Notes under the pieces: model-generated
What the model was told of the DNA's origin: nothing
Seen by the model: only the letters and a program-made list of their open reading frames with translations
Database searches by the model: none
In this document: piece by piece, positions 58,438 through 64,000 of the stretch
Numbering within the stretch: position 1 is the first letter of the stretch
Layout: each line of letters begins with the position of its first letter
NCBI GenBank assembly: GCA_043799545.1
Contig: JAZDNO010000002.1
Coordinates: forward strand, 1 to 64,000
DNA: 64,000 bases
Source: Methanobacteriota archaeon
Lineage (GTDB): Archaea; Thermoplasmatota; Thermoplasmata; SG8-5; DAIRED01
Direction: 5' to 3'
Program-made: the position numbers and the translations under genes

Positions 58438-59136
58438 CTAATGAGTGCTCCCAAGGCTAAAGCCTTGGGTATCCTCATCAGTTAGCTGGAGTAATCGTTC
58501 AGAGACCTTTGAGGAGTCATAATTTCAGGCATCATCTTACTGGGCCATGCCCTTGTCGGCGCATTGTCTGGGTGGTGCTTTTTCTGGGATGATTCGATGT
58601 AATGTTTGATGGTCTCCTCGTTCACTTCGCTGATTGGTCGAAAGAACTTGCCAGCGGACCATAGATGGCACCGGCTGTAGCCATCCAATTCGGGGAAGAC
58701 AAGTCTCAACTCTCTGGAACTGCAGCCCTTCAGATATTGTATCACCTGGCTAATCGCCTGGGAAGGGCGGATATTCAAGAACAAGTGTACGTGGTCTTCC
58801 ATTATTTCGTAAGCCTTGATTTCAAATCCGTGCCTCTCTGCAATCGCAAAGAATATAGCGGCCAATCGCCCTTTAATGTCTGCTCGGGCAAACATCTTAG
58901 AACGTTTGTAGGGCACAAGCACCACATGGTACTGGCAACATCCATAGGCATGGCTGAATGATCTGGCGGGATCCATTTGTGTCATACTCCTGGCGGTTCC
59001 AAGGCGCGCCGCGAAGCGGCGCGCGCCGTCAAAACGCCAGTATCGCGTGTATGGCTAAAAAGATGCCCCGGGTTAGCCGGTGCTTGCTCGCCCTACATCC
59101 CCAACCTAAAGGTTGCGGTATTAGGGCTAGGTCAGC
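58438..59136 (-). mobile_element. IS200/IS605-family element, tnpA only (699 bp)
   Basis: CTAAT at both junctions (58438-42, 59137-41); subterminal hairpins CCCAAGGC-TAAA-GCCTTGGG (58450-69) and CAACC-TAAA-GGTTG (59102-15). Confidence 0.9.
58482..58985 (-). CDS. tnpA: Y1 HUH transposase
   Basis: YHVVLVP, EDHVHLF (HUH), LKGCSS, LWS, HYIESSQ catalytic Tyr. Confidence 0.93.
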   Translation of the reverse strand: MTQMDPARSFSHAYGCCQYHVVLVPYKRSKMFARADIKGRLAAIFFAIAERHGFEIKAYEIMEDHVHLFLNIRPSQAISQVIQYLKGCSSRELRLVFPELDGYSRCHLWSAGKFFRPISEVNEETIKHYIESSQKKHHPDNAPTRAWPSKMMPEIMTPQRSLNDYSS

Positions 59137-59727
59137 CTAATAATGCCACTGGAAGTAGATATATTACCATATGGATTTTTAAATAAGTATCAAAGCTTTA
59201 GATACAATCGTCATTCACCTGAAGTAATGGCTGCTAAAATAATTAAAATCATTATGGGTTCAAATATAAAAGGTATAAAGAGCAATATGATTAACATGTT
59301 CTCGGAAAGTCCCTCATTTGATAAAGCAAAATGTAGGGCTAAAATGCTTAAAAAATTTAATAATTTTACCCGAGACGAAATTAATTATATCATTGAAAGT
59401 AGCATTAAAAATGACCAAATATATAATTCATTTGGTGCGAGGGATGTATTACTTGAATTTTTAAAGACATACGAAGGCCAAATCGTAGAAAAAAATATTG
59501 ATAAACTAAAGGATATTTTTTCAAAAAATCCTATAAGTGGTTAGTAATTTGTAATCACCGTATGCCACTCTGCCATTCCCTTCTGAAGCAATTTCCTTCG
59601 TGCGCTCCGCTGTTTGTATTCAATCGGTTCTGAAAGCCGGAGTTAGGTTATTAATAGGCGAATACCCATCATTGGACCGTGAGCGCGAATAGGAACCGTC
59701 ACTTGGGGGCGAACGGAGGGCGCGAGT

Positions 59728-60102
59728 ATGCCATTATTGTTAGCTAGCCATCGAATGCGAACACTTCTTGAGAACTTATCTGATTCATTACTTTCTAAAT
59801 GTCCAAGTATAGAATGGAACGACTCTGATCAATGGAGAACTTTTAAAACAAAACAAAATGGATTAGTTTTTGTTCGTATCAGACCATACAAAGATTCAAT
59901 TGCCATTTTTCCACATTTACCACTATCATATATGGAACAGATCGAATCTTTTAAGGTGTTTCCGGTGTCTGGCAAAAAATGGGAGAAGAAAAGACCATTT
60001 CGTTTTAATATCGTAAAACAGGAACAGATTCAGGAAACGATTCACATTTTAATGGATGCTAATTACTATACAATCAATGGAACGTTAGAGCACCCACCAT
60101 GA
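59728..60102 (+). CDS. Hypothetical protein (DUF5655-like fold possible)
   Basis: FVRIRPYKDSIAIF...FRFNI..QEQIQE pattern; weak. Confidence 0.5.
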   Translation: MPLLLASHRMRTLLENLSDSLLSKCPSIEWNDSDQWRTFKTKQNGLVFVRIRPYKDSIAIFPHLPLSYMEQIESFKVFPVSGKKWEKKRPFRFNIVKQEQIQETIHILMDANYYTINGTLEHPP

Positions 60103-60356
60103 GCCCCCTCCCCCGTGCATGCCATAGAACGACGAAAGGGGGCGTTGATGATGGTATGTTTAAGTCCGCCGAGGAGGATAGCGGATGCGGAGGCGACAAG
60201 TCATGCAATACTCGGGGTTGGACGTGCACAAGGAGTTTTGCCATGGGACAGTGCTGACGGTTCTGTTGCGTTGTAGAGTTATAGCAACCGCCAAGGATGG
60301 ACTGTTGCATCGCAGTTGCTGACGGATTGCTTCTCCTCACCTGGCCAAGTATAATC

Positions 60357-60629
60357 CTATTTCTCCAACTCTTCGTCCACTTTGCTCAGAAGGGTTGCCA
60401 CGCGCTTGCCTTTGTCGGTCAGGGAGATTAGCCGCCTCCCGCCGAACTTGTCCTCGGTTTTCTCGACAATCAGACCGTCGGCCCTCAGCTCGCCCAGCCT
60501 TGAGCTTATCGTGCTGATGCTGCCGCCCGTGGCTTCGGCTAGCTTGGAGAACGGGATGGCCTTTCCCTCTTGGTGAATGGCGATGAGTACGTCCATCGAT
60601 TTGCTACGTTCCAAATTTCTGAGACTCAT
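60357..60629 (-). CDS. Winged-HTH transcription regulator (ArsR/MarR-like)
   Basis: FSKLAEATGGSISTISSRLGELRADGLI...RRLISLTDKG. Confidence 0.85.
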   Translation of the reverse strand: MSLRNLERSKSMDVLIAIHQEGKAIPFSKLAEATGGSISTISSRLGELRADGLIVEKTEDKFGGRRLISLTDKGKRVATLLSKVDEELEK

Positions 60630-60742
60630 AGAACGGGTATCGACGGGGGCGCAAATATTCCTTGTTTTTACTATTATAGGAAATTAATATATCATTCTTC
60701 TGCCATAACCCTACTTATTGCAGAAACAAGTAGGTGGTCGGA

Positions 60743-60880
60743 ATGGCTGACGAAATGGACGAGATTATCGAGATGGTGGCCCGGTGGGTGAGGCCTAACG
60801 TTGACATGGCAGAGCTGAAGGCATCCCCGTTCTACGGCTCGGTCAAGAATAAGGTCGAGGAACTGATAGGCAGGGAGTAA
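60743..60880 (+). CDS. Small hypothetical protein, 45 aa, divergent from the wHTH regulator
   Basis: Manual translation MADEMDEIIEMVARWVRPNVDMAELKASPFYGSVKNKVEELIGRE; AGGTGG SD-like upstream. Confidence 0.55.
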   Translation: MADEMDEIIEMVARWVRPNVDMAELKASPFYGSVKNKVEELIGRE

Positions 60881-61075
60881 TCTCTGTGCGGTCACGTGGT
60901 GGCATCTTTTTATCTATCCTAGTTGTGCTAGAATTCGTTATCAAGTATCAGACTGTGCTCTCCTCGTCGGTCAACTGCCCTCCTTTTGCTTCCGTTCACA
61001 AATCAGTTTACAAAACAGATTATATACACCCTATCCTATCTCATCATCGCAATACGCTAGGAGAGAGGGGTCGCG

Positions 61076-64000
61076 ATGAGAACATTTACCAAGGCGCTGG
61101 CGACGGTGTGTGTAGGCGTAATGTGCTTGACCGCACTCCAGAACGTTTCTGCCGGAGCTTATGACGAGGGGGAAGACATGGATATTTTCACGGATTCCCT
61201 TGGGAACAGGCATATGGTCTGGAGGGAATTAGTCAACGGGGTTTATCAGGTATTCTATAGCCTAGAGATTGTCGATGATGAATACACGACAAACTATCAG
61301 TCTTATATGACACAGACCATTAACCAGAACTTAAATTTCGACGACGGGTACCTTACCATCCAGAATTGCCAAATTAATGGAAATTTAAAATTAACTCGCG
61401 CACAGGTCTCAATCATCAATTGTACGATAAATGGAAATGTTAAAATCGATATGGGAACGATGATAATCCGTTCAACTTCGTTACATGGAAACCTGGATAT
61501 TAAAAATGCGAATTTAGAATTACGGGTTAACGAAATCAATGGGAACGTTAAATCTCAGACAAATACGGATTTGTTTTTCCAAACTGTTATCACAGGCAAT
61601 GAGATTGATGGAAATCTAGATTTAAAGAGTGGTATCTGCTACGTGGTTGGTAACTCAGTAAATGGGAATCTCGATATCAAGTCTCCGGCCACAATTCAGT
61701 CGGTGAGTGATAACGATGTGAATGGAATGATCAAATTAACAAGCGATACAAGTGGTTTTAATGGAATCCAGATAACCAATTTAACGACCAATGCAGCATA
61801 TCCGCAATGTGCAATGGACCCAACAACTGGATTATTCTACATAATATGGGTCACGAATGAAGGTGGGTACAGGGCATGGTATAGCGGTAGTGACGATGTG
61901 GTCGAATGGAGCCTTCCTTATGTTACCGACGTTGTTATCAATACGTGTGACAATCCGCAGATGGATTTTATAGCGTATGGTGGAACCCTGAGCATCTCAT
62001 GGTTGCAGTATGGCAATGCTCAAATTGTTGCTGACTTGGACTTTGATATGATTCCAGACATTAGTGACGTTAATCCATTAACATATGATTCTCAAATCGG
62101 TATTGGAACGTTTAGCCCGGATGTTATCATGGCGGATGGTACGATGGGAATCAGTGTCGCTATTGATTACGCGACGAATTTGACTATCAAACCGACACTC
62201 GCCATAGCCTCGTGTCCGATTCTAAATGCTAATTATGGGCCTTATTTTAGCGTTACAATAGGGTCATCAGATAATTTCACCGCCATCATTAAAATGAAGT
62301 TTGACCCGAATGCACTCTCCACTGACACAATCAAATACCTGCGTATGTACTGGCTTAGGGACGATACGAATTGGAAAATATTAAAAAATGTTTCCGCTGG
62401 GGAGGATACAGGGGTTGATTTGGACAATGGATATGTTTGGGCAGTTACTGCTCATTTCAGTACATTCACAACCGCGGATTCTTCAATGGTGGATTCTGAT
62501 TCTGATGGACTTACCGATGCCCAGGAGATAAATGCTGATGGAAGCTTACCTATTGTTATCGATAAATTTTCAGACGATTCAGCGGAAAGAAGTTTGATAT
62601 TCAGCGGTTCAGACAGCCAAACTGTATGGTTGAAAGTTCCTATTAGCCAGATTGACATACTTCGCGCATCATCAACCCAGATGGATGTTACAAGTAAATT
62701 ATTCCAAATGTCAGTTCAGCAGATGTTATACAATGATGATGCTGCAGTTTATCAGTTAAGTCCCCAGATATATGAGGATAAGGTGATTTGGTGCGACAAT
62801 CGATACGATACAGTTTCAGGAAAATGCGCAGTATTTTTGAAAACAATTGGAACACCTGATGAAATACAATTATCTTCGATTAATGAAAATTCTGGAAACG
62901 CGAAAATATCGGGTAATTATGTAGTGTGGTCTACATATAGCTCAACAAGCAATAAGATTAGCGTTTATAATATTGAACGGAATGAGATAATCCAAAGTTT
63001 TGGGGTAAGTGCCGGTGATTTGGATATTTATGGTGATATAATGGTGTGGAGCGAAATGAGCGTTTACGGACCAGACTATCTATATACCTACAAAATCAGC
63101 ACACAAGAACTTCAACAAATTACTACAACGGATTGTGGAGCCACTCATATATATGGCGATTATATAGCATATCATGATCATACGCAGGGTGGATTGTGGC
63201 TATATCAGCTATCGACTCAACAATATACGAGAATCACGACTGCGGGTGTGAATCCCTGGATGCTCGATATTGATGACCGATATGTTGCATATTTAGATAT
63301 AACTTCAAATGATATATATGCCTATGTCCTAGCTACGGGTGATACGATTCGATTGACCAATACATTTTCGTATGAAAGCAATCCCTCAGTCGACGGTGGA
63401 ATTGTTCTCTGGACTGATTATAGAAATGGCGATCCGGACATATATGGTTTTGACATTCTAAAAAATTTTGAGATTCCAATATGTGTTGCATCAGGTAATC
63501 AGGGAGCTGCATCAAAATATGGAGATAATATCGTATGGCAAGACCAGCGAAATAGTCCACTTCCAAGAATATATAGGGGAACAATCGGAACTCCATCTAT
63601 TTCTATTGCTATTGGAGATAGAAACTTAGATAATATTGTGATGGACGGGACGAATTCAGAGTTCCCAGATTTTTCTGTGCCATTAAATTATTATCTTTCG
63701 ACACATAGTGATAGTGATGATGGGGTATCAGACAACTTTATCTCCGTGCCGCTGGCATTCTCAACAACAGCTGTGGGGGAATTGACATTTTCAAACCTGG
63801 AAATCAATATTTATCCTGCCCTTACAGATCCAGTGAATTGGGATACGGACGGCGAGGGTCTTTCCGATGGTGATGAAGTATTGATGTATTTTACGGATCC
63901 ATGCGACATTGATACAGACGACGATAAATTGTCTGACTATGATGAACTCATGGGAATCTATCATGGGTATATCAGCGACCCAAATAATCCTGACACAGAT
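61076..64000 (+). CDS. Large secreted protein (>975 aa, runs off right edge): beta-solenoid, beta-propeller, Ca-binding DxDxDG repeats
   Basis: Manual translation, open to the edge: signal peptide MRTFTKALATVCVGV; xNGNxxI repeats; VVW/IVW propeller blades; DSDSDGLTDAQE, DTDGEGLSDGDE, DTDDDKLSDYDE. Confidence 0.85.
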   Translation, partial: MRTFTKALATVCVGVMCLTALQNVSAGAYDEGEDMDIFTDSLGNRHMVWRELVNGVYQVFYSLEIVDDEYTTNYQSYMTQTINQNLNFDDGYLTIQNCQINGNLKLTRAQVSIINCTINGNVKIDMGTMIIRSTSLHGNLDIKNANLELRVNEINGNVKSQTNTDLFFQTVITGNEIDGNLDLKSGICYVVGNSVNGNLDIKSPATIQSVSDNDVNGMIKLTSDTSGFNGIQITNLTTNAAYPQCAMDPTTGLFYIIWVTNEGGYRAWYSGSDDVVEWSLPYVTDVVINTCDNPQMDFIAYGGTLSISWLQYGNAQIVADLDFDMIPDISDVNPLTYDSQIGIGTFSPDVIMADGTMGISVAIDYATNLTIKPTLAIASCPILNANYGPYFSVTIGSSDNFTAIIKMKFDPNALSTDTIKYLRMYWLRDDTNWKILKNVSAGEDTGVDLDNGYVWAVTAHFSTFTTADSSMVDSDSDGLTDAQEINADGSLPIVIDKFSDDSAERSLIFSGSDSQTVWLKVPISQIDILRASSTQMDVTSKLFQMSVQQMLYNDDAAVYQLSPQIYEDKVIWCDNRYDTVSGKCAVFLKTIGTPDEIQLSSINENSGNAKISGNYVVWSTYSSTSNKISVYNIERNEIIQSFGVSAGDLDIYGDIMVWSEMSVYGPDYLYTYKISTQELQQITTTDCGATHIYGDYIAYHDHTQGGLWLYQLSTQQYTRITTAGVNPWMLDIDDRYVAYLDITSNDIYAYVLATGDTIRLTNTFSYESNPSVDGGIVLWTDYRNGDPDIYGFDILKNFEIPICVASGNQGAASKYGDNIVWQDQRNSPLPRIYRGTIGTPSISIAIGDRNLDNIVMDGTNSEFPDFSVPLNYYLSTHSDSDDGVSDNFISVPLAFSTTAVGELTFSNLEINIYPALTDPVNWDTDGEGLSDGDEVLMYFTDPCDIDTDDDKLSDYDELMGIYHGYISDPNNPDTD

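Larger units (their letters stand above)
58162..59544 (+). pseudogene. TIR-domain protein gene interrupted by an IS200-type element (227 aa if restored)
   Basis: IFYSYSH, FLAHEDI, WTDQECG TIR motifs; removing 699 bp joins NKKL to IMPLEVDILPYGF in frame. Confidence 0.88.
53961..64000. mobile_element. AT-rich integrated element / genomic island (right end outside the window)
   Basis: Abrupt drop in GC seen by eye, tRNA 3' duplicate at the left edge, Rep-like, TIR, IS200 and orphan genes; no integrase seen in window. Confidence 0.75.

Noticed and set aside
58443-58485. TAG at the end of the TIR N-terminal ORF as possible pyrrolysine readthrough
   Set aside because: The stop lies inside the inserted IS; the split is fully explained by the insertion.
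58438-59141. CTAAT pair as a classical target-site duplication
   Set aside because: IS200/IS605 elements do not duplicate targets; identical left target and right-end pentamers explain it.
1-64000. CRISPR array or cas genes
   Set aside because: No regularly spaced repeat-spacer series seen; the His-locus repeats are only 2-4 units of tRNA-derived sequence.

Overview
GC-rich archaeal chromosome segment, most consistent with Thermoplasmatota (inferred from gene set and protein features). 1-20 kb: housekeeping and tRNA genes (folC, purH, gap, trmJ, truA, tiaS, gatD/gatE, tRNA-Ile2) plus a 1450-aa surface protein. 21-27 kb: an IleRS-like protein with altered motifs, fused to HhH/Zn-ribbon/TPR/DUF835-like modules, then tRNA-His. 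27-42 kb: the rpl3-to-secY ribosomal superoperon (minus strand), preceded by a structured ~180-nt leader and carrying several unusual protein extensions. 42-54 kb: trmI, S-layer-like protein, transporter, cca, orphan family-5 binding protein. From ~53.96 kb to the edge: a visibly AT-richer island starting at a tRNA 3'-end duplicate. It holds a Rep_trans-like protein, a stand-alone copy of a host wHTH domain, a TIR gene split by an IS200-type element, and a large secreted protein. The most unusual non-coding signal is three loci with duplicated tRNA 3' ends broken at the same T-loop position (TTCA|AATC) by short hairpin cassettes. All calls come from reading the sequence by eye; no searches or folding were run.
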